DNA of 64,000 nucleotides from Shigella phage ESh21: sequence record ON528731; one strand, 5' to 3'. Shown piece by piece: positions 26,053 to 35,796 of this stretch (position 1 is its first letter; each line of letters starts with the position of its first letter). The notes under the pieces were generated by a model. It saw only the letters and a program-made list of their open reading frames with translations, ran no database searches and was not told where the DNA came from. The position numbers and the translations under genes were made by a program.

Positions 26053-26140
26053 AGTGCTTCACATGGGGTTTAAAAGGTAGTATCTTAAGCCCCAGATAAA
26101 GAACTTTATCACTAAACAATCCTAAACTGGAGAATCTAAA
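26053..26140 (+). promoter_or_regulatory. intergenic cassette: promoter-like TTCACA/TTTACA-17-TA(G/T)(C/T)(A/T)T embedded in GGGG..CCCC hairpin, then CCTAAACTGGAGA RBS
   Basis: near-identical copies at 26525, 27125, 28185, 29616; variants at 25640, 27830, 28700, 30175, 30347, 30940, 31180. Confidence 0.6.
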
Positions 26141-26524
26141 ATGAAAAAATACTATATGCCAAAGTTTATCAAGAAAGAAAACTTTCGCGATGCTCTGGAA
26201 AATTCCATGAATGAGCAATTCAAAGGCAAAATAATTGTTGTACACGCATACAATTTTAAGTATGATGTAAACGGTAACAAGATAAACCACTACACCGTTA
26301 CAATGTTAGATGATACACTCTCAGGAGAAAAAGCCATCATCAATGCACTGGCTGCACGTGGTAAAACGTTAATCCGTTGTGATAAACGCCGCTATCAGGG
26401 TGGCACTTATGGTTATGAGGATGCAATCTATCATCTTGCTAATATGGGTTACAATGTCGAAAAAGCTGGCGTATCTCAAATGATTGGTAGTGATGGGTAT
26501 GTAACAGATTTCAAAATTAACTAA
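26141..26524 (+). CDS. orphan protein
   Basis: 127 aa, cassette RBS. Confidence 0.5.
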   Translation: MKKYYMPKFIKKENFRDALENSMNEQFKGKIIVVHAYNFKYDVNGNKINHYTVTMLDDTLSGEKAIINALAARGKTLIRCDKRRYQGGTYGYEDAIYHLANMGYNVEKAGVSQMIGSDGYVTDFKIN

Positions 26525-26611
26525 TAAAGTGCTTTACATGGGGTTTATGAGTTGCTAGTATAAGCCCCAGATAAAGAATTTTATCACTAACCTAAACTGG
26601 AGATTCTAAAA
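26525..26611 (+). promoter_or_regulatory. intergenic promoter-hairpin-RBS cassette
   Basis: AAGTGCTTTACATGGGGTTTATGAGTTGCTAGTATAAGCCCCAGATAAAG...CCTAAACTGGAGATTCTAAAAATG. Confidence 0.6.
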
Positions 26612-27124
26612 ATGAAATCAGTCGAAAGCACCTTTGAAGTTCAAAAAGAAAAATTTACTATCATCTTTGAAGCAATGAATGTTTATGAGCCTTCCCATTG
26701 TGTGGATAACTGGCAATTCACTGATGAGCATAAAGGAGGAGTTACAATCAAAGTTAAAAACTCAGAACGTAACGGCTACAAATATGCAATTCCTATGCAC
26801 TATGCGCTTTCACAGCTTGCCAGTGATTACGCAAAACAGGGAAGGGATAACCCATCATTAGCCGCTTACAAGAGCTTACAAGATGAACTAGAAAGGGATT
26901 TAGGGGCTAATAGCTACATTCTATACGCCTCAGTAGTTGACGCTGAAGGCAACACGGTTTTAAATAGTTTTTCCCTTGCGTATGGTTTTGATTGGTGCTA
27001 TCTTGACGGGGAAGATTTAGATTCACGCTTAAAAGAGGAAGTAAGCAATTCAGGTGCTGAAGAGGAAGTTTTAGAGCGCTTGGAAGATTTAAAAGATAGT
27101 GTGATGAATATCTTTAATATCTAA
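26612..27124 (+). CDS. orphan acidic protein
   Basis: 170 aa, acidic C-terminal half, cassette RBS. Confidence 0.5.
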   Translation: MKSVESTFEVQKEKFTIIFEAMNVYEPSHCVDNWQFTDEHKGGVTIKVKNSERNGYKYAIPMHYALSQLASDYAKQGRDNPSLAAYKSLQDELERDLGANSYILYASVVDAEGNTVLNSFSLAYGFDWCYLDGEDLDSRLKEEVSNSGAEEEVLERLEDLKDSVMNIFNI

Positions 27125-27209
27125 AAGTACTTTACATGGGGGTTATCAAGTTGCTAAGATAGCCCCAGATAAAGAGCTTTACCAACAATCCTAAACTGGA
27201 GAATCTAAA
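27125..27209 (+). promoter_or_regulatory. intergenic promoter-hairpin-RBS cassette
   Basis: same module as 26053. Confidence 0.6.
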
Positions 27210-27500
27210 ATGAAAATTCCTGCTAATGTACGCTCAAAGTTAAGCCAATTACTACAAAACATTTCTTTTGTAGAATCTCATAGACGTTCACAGGATGTTA
27301 TAGAGTGGTATCATGGGAAGATTAACAAGAAAGAAGTTTTAATCTGTATTTGGAACTTTCAAAAAGAACATGGCAAGCCATTGCTTCAGGTTGACATTTA
27401 TGATAATACTAGCAAATCAGCAGTAAAATCAAAAGCTGATATGATTGATTCATATGAAATTAGTCACACTGGTAGATTATCACACGTTGGGAAGGTTTAA
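27210..27500 (+). CDS. orphan protein
   Basis: 96 aa, cassette RBS. Confidence 0.5.
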   Translation: MKIPANVRSKLSQLLQNISFVESHRRSQDVIEWYHGKINKKEVLICIWNFQKEHGKPLLQVDIYDNTSKSAVKSKADMIDSYEISHTGRLSHVGKV

Positions 27501-27501
27501 A

Positions 27502-27828
27502 ATGTTACTTTCTGGTATCGCAATTCTGATTTCAATTGTGGCGCTATATAAAGCTTATCAAGCCTCAGACTATGCAGATAAGGCTATCACAAGGAAAGTT
27601 AAAATAAACCTTGTAAGTAGCTTCTTAGAGCGTTTAAGCGTGGAACAATTACAACGTTTAGAGATGGGATTCAGGTTTAAGGCAGACACTTATCAAATCA
27701 GTGATGTTTTATCCGGTAACTTTGAGCTTGTTAATGATTACAATGCGTTACTAAATGCTATTCAAGCTACTGATTTAAAAGAATATTATCCGGTTATTGC
27801 ACAAGAAATTAATAAACGCAAAAAATAG
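27502..27828 (+). CDS. small membrane-anchored protein
   Basis: ATG 27502 after GGGAAGG; N-terminal TM helix LLSGIAILISIVALY; ORF-track 27445 start overlaps upstream gene. Confidence 0.45.
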   Translation: MLLSGIAILISIVALYKAYQASDYADKAITRKVKINLVSSFLERLSVEQLQRLEMGFRFKADTYQISDVLSGNFELVNDYNALLNAIQATDLKEYYPVIAQEINKRKK

Positions 27829-27911
27829 CTTGCAAAGGCAAATCAAAACAAGTAAAGTACTCATCAACGGGGTAAGCAAGCCCCTAACAATCCTAAACTG
27901 GAGAATCTAAG

Positions 27912-28184
27912 ATGTATACAACTAATAATGGCAGAACTTTAAATGTAACTTTAAAGCACTATATAGACGGTGTATTAAACTTTGAAGACTTGCAAGCAGA
28001 GCAGCACTTGTTAGCTTGGCAAGTAGCAGGATTACAAAAAACCGCCACCGGATATGGGAAGAAAATCCCTACATCTTGGAAAGTTCGATACCTTGGAAAG
28101 TTACGCAGAATTTATCAAGATGTTTACAGTAATAGTGGTGTAAGTTACATTATTGTTAGCGGTAAAAAGTTACATCTTGCTTAA
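27912..28184 (+). CDS. orphan protein
   Basis: 90 aa, cassette RBS. Confidence 0.5.
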   Translation: MYTTNNGRTLNVTLKHYIDGVLNFEDLQAEQHLLAWQVAGLQKTATGYGKKIPTSWKVRYLGKLRRIYQDVYSNSGVSYIIVSGKKLHLA

Positions 28185-28271
28185 TAAAGTGCTTTACATG
28201 GGGTTTATAAGTCGATAGTATAAGCCCCAGATAAAGAACTTTATCACTAACCTAAACTGGAGATTCAAAAA
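28185..28271 (+). promoter_or_regulatory. intergenic promoter-hairpin-RBS cassette
   Basis: same module as 26053. Confidence 0.6.
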
Positions 28272-28673
28272 ATGGCTACGAACAAAGATATAGCAGTACT
28301 GAAAGCACGTTTGACCGTTAACCGTATTAATGCTATCACATCAACCGCACCAGATGAGGTTTTACATAACATTATCGGTAAAATTCAGGGTGTAATTTTA
28401 GACGTTGAAAACATCAGAGATTCACTTGCAAATGTTGCACAGGGTGTTACACTTGACGGCGCACAATATGAAATGGCTGATATGCTTTCAAAGTCAAAAG
28501 TTCTTAATAAAGAATTAGACTTGAAAATGTTTCGATTTGCTGTTAAAGTGTGGCTATCTGTTGAGTTTGATGCTAACTTTGCAATTGCTGATTTCTTCGC
28601 AACGTGGTTACAACGTAATTTAGAAAAGCAAGATTTTCAAGATATCTGCGATACAATTTACGCAGAACTTTAA
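28272..28673 (+). CDS. orphan protein
   Basis: 133 aa, cassette RBS. Confidence 0.5.
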   Translation: MATNKDIAVLKARLTVNRINAITSTAPDEVLHNIIGKIQGVILDVENIRDSLANVAQGVTLDGAQYEMADMLSKSKVLNKELDLKMFRFAVKVWLSVEFDANFAIADFFATWLQRNLEKQDFQDICDTIYAEL

Positions 28674-28757
28674 AAAACGTTTGACACTGATTTTTAGATA
28701 TATTAAAGTACTATCAGACGGGCAAGCAAGCCCACTTCCTAAACTGGAGATTCAAAA

Positions 28758-29315
28758 ATGAAATGCTTTCACGGAACTACTCAAGAAAACTTTGTGAACC
28801 TGCTGAGTGGTGGAGAAAAACCTTCAGGGGCTTGGAATTGCTCAGACAGTGACGGGTGTTTTTATGTTTACCCTGTTAGTAAGTTCTATGATGTAGAGGA
28901 TATGAACGCAGAACAAATCACTGAAGAGGGTATTAGAAACACTCTGGATAGCGCAAGTATCACAGCGGCTTTCCAGATGAAATCACAAAAAATCGTTATC
29001 TTGGAACTCGATATTCCAGAGGATGAATTACAAGATGACTGGAGCTGTGAGAATATGAAAGACGTTGCAAGCTTTACAGAACACTTTGATAAATCTTGGA
29101 TTAAAAAGATTTACACAACTGATTTTAATGCTATGTATGCACCGTTTTTTGTACCTAACTTGAACAATAGAAATCTTGGCTATGTACCTGATGAATTACA
29201 TAACATTGCTGTAATGGTTCAACGTAGCGATGAGATGAATAATGTTTATTGTGACATTTTCGAAAATATGCAATCTAACATCACAGAAAGCAATATAAAC
29301 GACTTTACAGCATAA
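28758..29315 (+). CDS. orphan acidic protein
   Basis: 185 aa, cassette RBS variant. Confidence 0.5.
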   Translation: MKCFHGTTQENFVNLLSGGEKPSGAWNCSDSDGCFYVYPVSKFYDVEDMNAEQITEEGIRNTLDSASITAAFQMKSQKIVILELDIPEDELQDDWSCENMKDVASFTEHFDKSWIKKIYTTDFNAMYAPFFVPNLNNRNLGYVPDELHNIAVMVQRSDEMNNVYCDIFENMQSNITESNINDFTA

Positions 29316-29378
29316 ACCATAGAATCATACCAGATAACCGTAAAAGCCCCACACAGGGGCTTACAGGAGCTTTAAAAG

Positions 29379-29615
29379 ATGCTTACAACAATCTATCTCA
29401 TGCTTGCCGTTTGCTCTGGTGCAAATAATTGTCATTATGGCATTATGGAATCCTTTGAAGGCACTAAACAAAATGCGGAAGAGGCTTGTAATATTGCTAG
29501 ACAAGATTACCCCAAATCATCTAAAATGGGTTGCTACGTCTTACAAGGTGAAGACGAAAACACAGAATACTACGAAAATATTAATGAAGATGAATTTTTA
29601 GAGATTTACAAATAA
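29379..29615 (+). CDS. small secreted/lipoprotein-like protein
   Basis: 78 aa, N-terminal hydrophobic signal LMLAVCSGANNC; preceded by hairpin and CAGGAG RBS. Confidence 0.45.
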   Translation: MLTTIYLMLAVCSGANNCHYGIMESFEGTKQNAEEACNIARQDYPKSSKMGCYVLQGEDENTEYYENINEDEFLEIYK

Positions 29616-29700
29616 AGTACTTTACATGGGGCTTAAAAGGTAGTATCTTAAGCCCCAGATAAAGAGCTTTACCAACAATCCTAAACTGGAGAATCTAAAA
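29616..29700 (+). promoter_or_regulatory. intergenic promoter-hairpin-RBS cassette
   Basis: same module as 26053. Confidence 0.6.
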
Positions 29701-30042
29701 ATGGCATACGTAACAGTAATTACTGACAAAGAAAATTCATCTTGGTCTACTCAGGTTAGCGATAAAATGTCCCCTATGCAGTGTCTCAAGTACTTTGAGC
29801 AGTGGAACCGTGGGGAAGATGTAAGCCCTTTTCAGGTGATGCAGGTTGTACACGTTGACAATGACGGCAACAAAACAACACTTAACACTGAATACTACGC
29901 AAGCCGTTTTGAAACTAGAGCAGAGGCAATGAAACAATTACGTGAAAAGGGTTACAGTCACATAGCTGGATTAATCTGGAATGACTTACTAAAACAGCAG
30001 TGTATGACCTATGTCAAGCCTGAAAAAATCTTTATAAGCTAA
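29701..30042 (+). CDS. orphan protein
   Basis: 113 aa, cassette RBS. Confidence 0.5.
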   Translation: MAYVTVITDKENSSWSTQVSDKMSPMQCLKYFEQWNRGEDVSPFQVMQVVHVDNDGNKTTLNTEYYASRFETRAEAMKQLREKGYSHIAGLIWNDLLKQQCMTYVKPEKIFIS

Positions 30043-30228
30043 TCAGTAACTTACAAAATACTTTGAAAAAACTGTTGACTTTACCCCTTGACAATAGTAC
30101 ATTTGTTCGAGGGGGTTTATCTAAAAGGATTCACTTGAAAGATTCTTTATAGATAAGCCTTGCAATTGCTTCAAAGATTCTCTATAGTTCTCTCAGTTGG
30201 TTAACTTCCTAAACTGGAGATTCTAAAA

Positions 30229-30372
30229 TGATTATTTTGTATATGATGGTATTCTCAGTAGTGACCCCTTTCATACTCTTAATAGCCAGCGAAATAGATG
30301 ATAAAATCTTTGATAAAAAGCTTGCAAAGGCAAATCAAAACAAGTAAAGTATCTATCAAGGGGAAGGAATAA
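30229..30372 (+). CDS. very small membrane protein (47 aa)
   Basis: cassette RBS CCTAAACTGGAGATTCTAAAATG; hydrophobic N-terminus; below cutoff. Confidence 0.3.
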
Positions 30373-30411
30373 GGCTTCCCCCACTAAATAATCCTAAACT
30401 GGAGATTCAAA

Positions 30412-30939
30412 ATGAATAAGTTCACAGCAATCAATACTATCCGCTCAAAAGATGTAATGAAAAAACCTGTAAAAGACACTTTCGAATTTACTCTTAAAGA
30501 TAAGTTGTTTGCAGTTATCACGAAAGGGGAAGATAAAAAATATTACATTCATCGCCCAAATCAGCAAATGCTAACCACTAACAACTTTATGAAGGCTGTG
30601 GCAATGATTCTGCCTGATTTTATGGCTATCGTTGCAGAGATTCACGAAATGGCTATAAAAGCCACTAAAAACGAGCTAAACCGCTATAAAATGGCTTATG
30701 AGCGTTCTATCAAGTCTCATAATCTTTTTATTGCAATCCACCATACGGGGATGTATGCTATGGGGACGGGTAACCAACAATACCCGCTCTATGATGTAGA
30801 AAATATCTATACAGGTGATTATCCAACAACTAAATTTAAGATTACGCTGGGGGAGGCATTAACTAGGGGGATTCGACTTTACGAACAATCTCTAAAAAAC
30901 TTAGAAAATTCACTTGACGAAACGTTAGCGAATCTTTAA
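30412..30939 (+). CDS. orphan protein
   Basis: 175 aa, cassette RBS. Confidence 0.5.
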   Translation: MNKFTAINTIRSKDVMKKPVKDTFEFTLKDKLFAVITKGEDKKYYIHRPNQQMLTTNNFMKAVAMILPDFMAIVAEIHEMAIKATKNELNRYKMAYERSIKSHNLFIAIHHTGMYAMGTGNQQYPLYDVENIYTGDYPTTKFKITLGEALTRGIRLYEQSLKNLENSLDETLANL

Positions 30940-31002
30940 AGTATCTATCAAGGGGAAGGAATCACTTCCCCACTAAAAATTCCTAAACTGGAGACTTAAA
31001 AG

Positions 31003-31179
31003 ATGAATTTTGAACAGCGTATGATTGCAAAATTTGGTGCTAAACGTTGGGAAGAAATGAAAAAAGAGCATGAAGAAAAGAAAAATGAAGAAATGGTAGT
31101 CATCACTGGTACAGACTTGTTAAATCATTCAGTTACTAATTACATCATTTCCGGCAATTCTTACAAGAAAGTTATTTGA
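31003..31179 (+). CDS. small orphan protein (58 aa)
   Basis: cassette RBS variant CCTAAACTGGAGACTTAAAAGATG; below cutoff. Confidence 0.35.
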   Translation: MNFEQRMIAKFGAKRWEEMKKEHEEKKNEEMVVITGTDLLNHSVTNYIISGNSYKKVI

Positions 31180-31251
31180 TTAGTCTTGACAAGGGGCATA
31201 AAAGCCCCTACTTTAAGACTCTAAAACAATCCTAAACTGGAGATTCAAAAA

Positions 31252-31503
31252 ATGGCTACTATCCGCGCAACTGTAAACACTTTTGGTTTTAACGTGTTAG
31301 ATGTTAAGTTTGATATGGTAGGTACTGGTGATGCTTTTGGAATGGTTGAAATGTGCTTAAAGGCAACTATTCAGGACTATAAACCAACTGAAAACTTCTG
31401 GAAAGAAGTCAAGCAGGAAGTCTTGAAAGATGGTGTGACGTCTTACTATTGGGGTGATTCTCTTATCACGCTTTACCATCAAAAATTTGGTTATAATGAC
31501 TAA
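31252..31503 (+). CDS. orphan protein
   Basis: 83 aa; preceded by TTGACA-hairpin promoter and cassette RBS. Confidence 0.5.
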   Translation: MATIRATVNTFGFNVLDVKFDMVGTGDAFGMVEMCLKATIQDYKPTENFWKEVKQEVLKDGVTSYYWGDSLITLYHQKFGYND

Positions 31504-31544
31504 CAAGACGCCGCAACGGGGCAAATAGCCCCAGACACCTTTCA

Positions 31545-31567
31545 AGCCCCTTAAATGGGGCTTTTTA
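31545..31567 (+). terminator. rho-independent terminator
   Basis: AGCCCC-TTAAAT-GGGGCT + TTTTT ending the plus-strand cassette block. Confidence 0.65.
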
Positions 31568-33075
31568 ACGTCTATACAATCTCTTTCTAGACATTTAGAG
31601 TAATAACTCTATAGCTTACTCTATAACCTCTTATCAAATCAACTTAAATATAAGCCCATAACCCGAAAGGGAAGGGCAACCATTAAAACGCTCTATAACG
31701 CTCTATAACAGCCTTATCAACCTAACTTAAGCAATCATATTAACCCACTCTAAAAATCCCTTTATAGAGCTTCCTAGAGCCTTAAAAGAATCTTATAAGG
31801 GTGTAAGCTTTATCATCTCGTTAGTCTCTTGTGAATATCTAAACAGGGCTGCAAAGTCACTTAAAAGTTACGTAAAAAGAGCTATAAAGTATCGTAAACA
31901 CTAGCCCCCTTAACATTTCTTTAACAAAATCTTAACAATCCCTACATAGTTATGCTTGTTAGCAACTTGTTAGCACCTTGTTAAATCTCTGTTAAGACTA
32001 CGTTACAACCTTGTTAGGCTCTTTGAAGTCCCTATATAAGCCCCTGTAAAGGGCTATAAAGAGCTATACAGGTAATTGGGCTATAGATACTAGTAAGAAC
32101 CTTAGAAGAGGCTACATAGAGCTATACAGGGCTTTTAAGAGGGCTGTTTAGAGAATCACTGAGAGGGATAGGGAACTATAAGAGAAGAGAAGTTGTGTTT
32201 GTAAACAATCACTGTGACCATGTTAATAAATGGTTAAACATGTTAAGAACTTAATAGACACTTGTTAATTATCTTAACAAAATAACTTTTAAATTTAACA
32301 TGTTAGGGACTTGTTAGTAATTTGTTAAACCCTTGTAAGAACTGTTAAACTCTTGTTACATCCTTGTTAGAACTGTTAAGGGATTGTTAAGAACTATGGA
32401 GACTTGTTAGAGACTTGTTAGAGTTGTAAAGAAATTGTTAATGATATTTTAAGATTTTGCAAAGGGGATGTTACAGGGCTGTTAAGGGCTACCAAGCAGA
32501 TATACACCCTTTGTAGATATTTTTCAGATACTCCCAAGAACCTAAAAAGTGACCTACCTAGTCTATTTTATAAAAATTTTATAGAACTGAATAACTATCT
32601 ATACACTATCTTCTATAAAACAGGTAATAACAGGCTTATAAGATATCTTGTTAGTAACGTGTTAGACCTTGTAGGATAAGCCTTTACAGGGAATACCTGT
32701 TTAGTGCTATATAACAGTCTATATAGAGGCTTAGTAATCCCTAGTGAACCATCTATAGAGGGTATCATCCTTAACATAGAGATTAAGATGGATATAGGGG
32801 CTTCTAAGGGGCTATGGAGAAGCTAGGAAGGTGATTGTATAGGTGTGGAAGAGGGCTTGTTAGAGAGCTTTATAGAGGGCTATTTAGAAGGTGCTATATA
32901 GTTTCACTAGATAGGGACTAAGAGGCTATATAGATACTATATAATACTATATAGAGAGTATGCTTAGATAGGTTGTTGAAGAGGGTATTGATATTTTATC
33001 ACATATCATGGTGACCAAAGATGAACGGAGTGAATCCAAATTTTATAAGAACTATAAATTTCGTAAATTTTACTC
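31568..33075. repeat. ORF-free iteron field: about 28 copies of YTTGTTAR plus a second family GCTATA(C/T)AGAG
   Basis: no ORF of 60 aa or more on either strand; TTGTTA-type motifs recur at about 10-12 bp spacing, densest 32298-32440; lies between convergent gene blocks. Confidence 0.75.
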
Positions 33076-33125
33076 AATAAAAAGCCCCTATGAGATAGAT
33101 TCTATCGAATCCATATTAAGGGGCT
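33076..33125 (-). terminator. rho-independent terminator (minus strand)
   Basis: GCCCCT...AGGGGC stem with T-run on minus strand downstream of gene 33135..33806. Confidence 0.5.
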
Positions 33126-33134
33126 ATGTAGTTC

Positions 33135-33806
33135 TTAGCAAAGGTTCTCTATAACAGCCTGAATAGCTGGAATAGTCGTGTGAAAGAAGTGAGTGTCTCC
33201 GTTATGTGATTCTCGTATCTGTAACATGATAGCGTGACCCTTGATAGGGTAGCATTGAATGTGATAACGATTCCCGTTAAACACTGAACCAAACCCTGTA
33301 CAGAAACTTTCCAAGTCAGCTTTAGAAAGAAACTCTTCTTTCCCTGTGATTTTTATACAGACACCTCTATTAACTCGTGAAGGGTTTATATCTTCTGCAA
33401 AGAGCATCTGTTGACCACCTAAAGAGGTCATAGAGATTTCTTTACGGTTCTGCTGCTTAACATACATCTCAAGCTTCTTCAAAGTCTCTTCATAGAACGG
33501 ATAATATTTATTCACAAAGATACCTTCAAGTGGCTCTTTACCTGAGTCTTCTCGTTCCATCTTAAGTCGATTAACAAGTAATTCTAAAGACCACTTCTCA
33601 CTTTCATCAAGATATGTATTGATATCATCTAGACTCAGTACCAGATACTTTCTTTCAAGTTCAAACTTTTTCATCTCTATCAAATCCTTAAAACATTTCT
33701 TAGTAATTGCTTCCCATTCTTCGGAGTTCTTCCGCTTCCTCTTCAGATGGGGAACCATATCTGTTAAGTTCTTCCAACTCTTCTTCAGTAGGTGTCCCAT
33801 AATCAC
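33135..33806 (-). CDS. hypothetical protein
   Basis: 223-aa ORF, ATGA coupling with upstream gene. Confidence 0.5.
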   Translation of the reverse strand: MIMGHLLKKSWKNLTDMVPHLKRKRKNSEEWEAITKKCFKDLIEMKKFELERKYLVLSLDDINTYLDESEKWSLELLVNRLKMEREDSGKEPLEGIFVNKYYPFYEETLKKLEMYVKQQNRKEISMTSLGGQQMLFAEDINPSRVNRGVCIKITGKEEFLSKADLESFCTGFGSVFNGNRYHIQCYPIKGHAIMLQIRESHNGDTHFFHTTIPAIQAVIENLC

Positions 33807-34288
33807 ATCTTAAGTTTGAAAGTATTTTTACCATTGACCTGAATATACCCATCATTTTCAACTATCCAGTGTGCGGTTGAGAATGCACTATATGCGTTTG
33901 CTTCACCATAACCAATAAACTTACCATTACACCCACTTTCAATAAGTATTGTACCTACTGGTTCACCTGTACCAATGGTTTCTACAATATAGAGTGTGTT
34001 TAGCTTTATGGAGCTATCTTCAGTCTCTTCTTTGAAGCGTTCAGGTAGAGACATATCAAGCCCTTCAGTTATTACAGATTGCATGTAAGCTTCTGAACAC
34101 TCCCAGATAAAGCTATGTAGAAGAACCTTTGCAGCATGTCTTGAACAACCAAATTCTGCAACGATATCTTTATACATATCGTCTTTAGTTCCATTGTTAA
34201 GTAGAGCTTTACGTACTACCTCTTTAACACTCTTCATCGTTCCAATCCTCATCTCTCTCAATTTGAAACTCTTCAGGTAACTCTGCAA
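33803..34288 (-). CDS. hypothetical protein
   Basis: 161-aa ORF; start may be internal (34262 or 34247) because 34288 overlaps upstream gene by 65 nt. Confidence 0.4.
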   Translation of the reverse strand: MQSYLKSFKLREMRIGTMKSVKEVVRKALLNNGTKDDMYKDIVAEFGCSRHAAKVLLHSFIWECSEAYMQSVITEGLDMSLPERFKEETEDSSIKLNTLYIVETIGTGEPVGTILIESGCNGKFIGYGEANAYSAFSTAHWIVENDGYIQVNGKNTFKLKM

Positions 34289-34526
34289 CTGCTTTCAAGT
34301 AATAAGCCTCTTGGATGCTGCAAAGGTCTTCATAACCACCATTCATAAGCCAGTTATAACCTTGTGGCACACCTTTTTCATCACAGAATCCAGTGTAGAA
34401 CATTGCTTTATGAATCATGTTAAGTGATTTGTAAGCAACTTCAACAACATAGAAAGTATTATCTTTCCAACCACCCTTTGGAGGATGGATACCTTTAACA
34501 CCTCTGGATTGTGGAGTCATAGTCAA
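34224..34526 (-). CDS. hypothetical protein
   Basis: 100-aa ORF, ATGA coupling. Confidence 0.4.
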   Translation of the reverse strand: MTMTPQSRGVKGIHPPKGGWKDNTFYVVEVAYKSLNMIHKAMFYTGFCDEKGVPQGYNWLMNGGYEDLCSIQEAYYLKAVAELPEEFQIERDEDWNDEEC

Positions 34527-34966
34527 CCTTTAGATAATTTTGCATTAACAATGTTTAAAAGGGTTTGAGTAGATAACTTACCAGATTTCAAGTATGGAAG
34601 CAATGGTTCTAGTGCATTATCAATCTCAATAGACATTTTTACGATTTCTTTTTCAAAATCTTCTTGCAGAATATTATATGTAGGTGACTTACCTAAGTCT
34701 TTGTCACTAACCTTGGCAATTTGAATATCAAAGCTTTTATGGTCAGCATGAGCTACACCTCTGTAGAGAAAGTCATTATTAAAAGTGATAATCTCTCCAC
34801 ACTTAAAAGACATTTCATCATCACCCTCTCCAATTTTGAAATCATTAGCAAGTTCTATTGAAAACGGGTAACGGCTGTAGTCAATTTCTCTGACTGTACC
34901 TAGGGCTACACGCTCTCTTGTTGTATAATTGACAAGAGACACAATTTCATATTTCTTCAGTTTCAT
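34523..34966 (-). CDS. hypothetical protein
   Basis: 147-aa ORF. Confidence 0.5.
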   Translation of the reverse strand: MKLKKYEIVSLVNYTTRERVALGTVREIDYSRYPFSIELANDFKIGEGDDEMSFKCGEIITFNNDFLYRGVAHADHKSFDIQIAKVSDKDLGKSPTYNILQEDFEKEIVKMSIEIDNALEPLLPYLKSGKLSTQTLLNIVNAKLSKG

Positions 34967-35009
34967 TTTTCGCTACCTCTAAACAGGGGCTTTTACACCC
35001 CTTGACAGA

Positions 35010-35219
35010 TTACTCTTCAACAGATTCTTTATCTTTCTTTGAAGAAGCCTTTTTCTCTTTCTTCTTAGGTTCAGTTGCTGCAATAGCAATGTCAACAAGC
35101 TGTACCAAGTCAGATTTAATTACTGTCACTGGCTGTTCATTATAGAAACCTTTCTCAAGGTATTCTTTGAACTCTTCCAGAGAGTTAAAGCCAAAAGGCT
35201 TGATAGGTGTTCTAATCAT
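35010..35219 (-). CDS. small protein with Lys-rich C-terminus
   Basis: 69-aa ORF. Confidence 0.4.
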   Translation of the reverse strand: MIRTPIKPFGFNSLEEFKEYLEKGFYNEQPVTVIKSDLVQLVDIAIAATEPKKKEKKASSKKDKESVEE

Positions 35220-35289
35220 TTATCCTCCGAGATATCTTTTAAGATTTTCTGGTTAATCATTTCCGCAATAGCATAGCGGATACAAATTA

Positions 35290-35796
35290 CTAAAATTTTA
35301 GGTTGCATTCTTTACTTACCTCTCCAAACTTACTCTCAAACTCTACAATCTTCTTCTTGTGAGTTGTCATTCTCCAACATGAGAGGATGATACCAATTAC
35401 AGGGATAACATACAAGAACCAAATCTCATAAATTTTCTTCTCAGCTTGGTTAAACGTTAAATCCTGCATGTACATGCCACTGAAGGATATTACACAAATC
35501 ATGGCAAGGAATACAGATAACATAATTGCTATTCCTGCCCAACCTCTAGTATTATGTTCAGCATTTCTACGCTTATTTTCCAGATTGATAAGTTCGTTAT
35601 AGTCGGCTGAGAAATCTCTGTAGAAAGCTTTCAGATACTCCCTGCTGTAGCCTTCAAAGCATCCTGTACCAAACCAATTTTCACCACCGAAGTGTGAAAT
35701 AGTTCCTTCGTCACCGTTTGCTTTCACAATCTTGAAAGATACATGGTGTCTTGACTTCTCATAAGAAATCTGGTCTCTTGAATCTTCATAAATCAT
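35290..35796 (-). CDS. membrane protein (two TM helices)
   Basis: hydrophobic segments WAGIAIMLSVFLAMICVISF and IWFLYVIPVIGIILSCW. Confidence 0.5.
   Translation of the reverse strand: MIYEDSRDQISYEKSRHHVSFKIVKANGDEGTISHFGGENWFGTGCFEGYSREYLKAFYRDFSADYNELINLENKRRNAEHNTRGWAGIAIMLSVFLAMICVISFSGMYMQDLTFNQAEKKIYEIWFLYVIPVIGIILSCWRMTTHKKKIVEFESKFGEVSKECNLKF

Noticed and set aside
25640-31260. Possible CRISPR array suggested by the recurring CCTAAACTGGAGA-containing module
   Set aside because: Repeat units are about 85 bp with promoter and RBS features and are separated by 150-560 bp protein-coding genes of varied length, not by uniform 30-40 bp spacers; no cas genes.
31568-33075. Hidden protein-coding gene or T7-like promoter array in the non-coding region
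   Set aside because: No ORF of 60 aa or more in any frame and no phage RNA polymerase in the window; the CTATAGAG-like motifs are too short and variable to call T7-type promoters.
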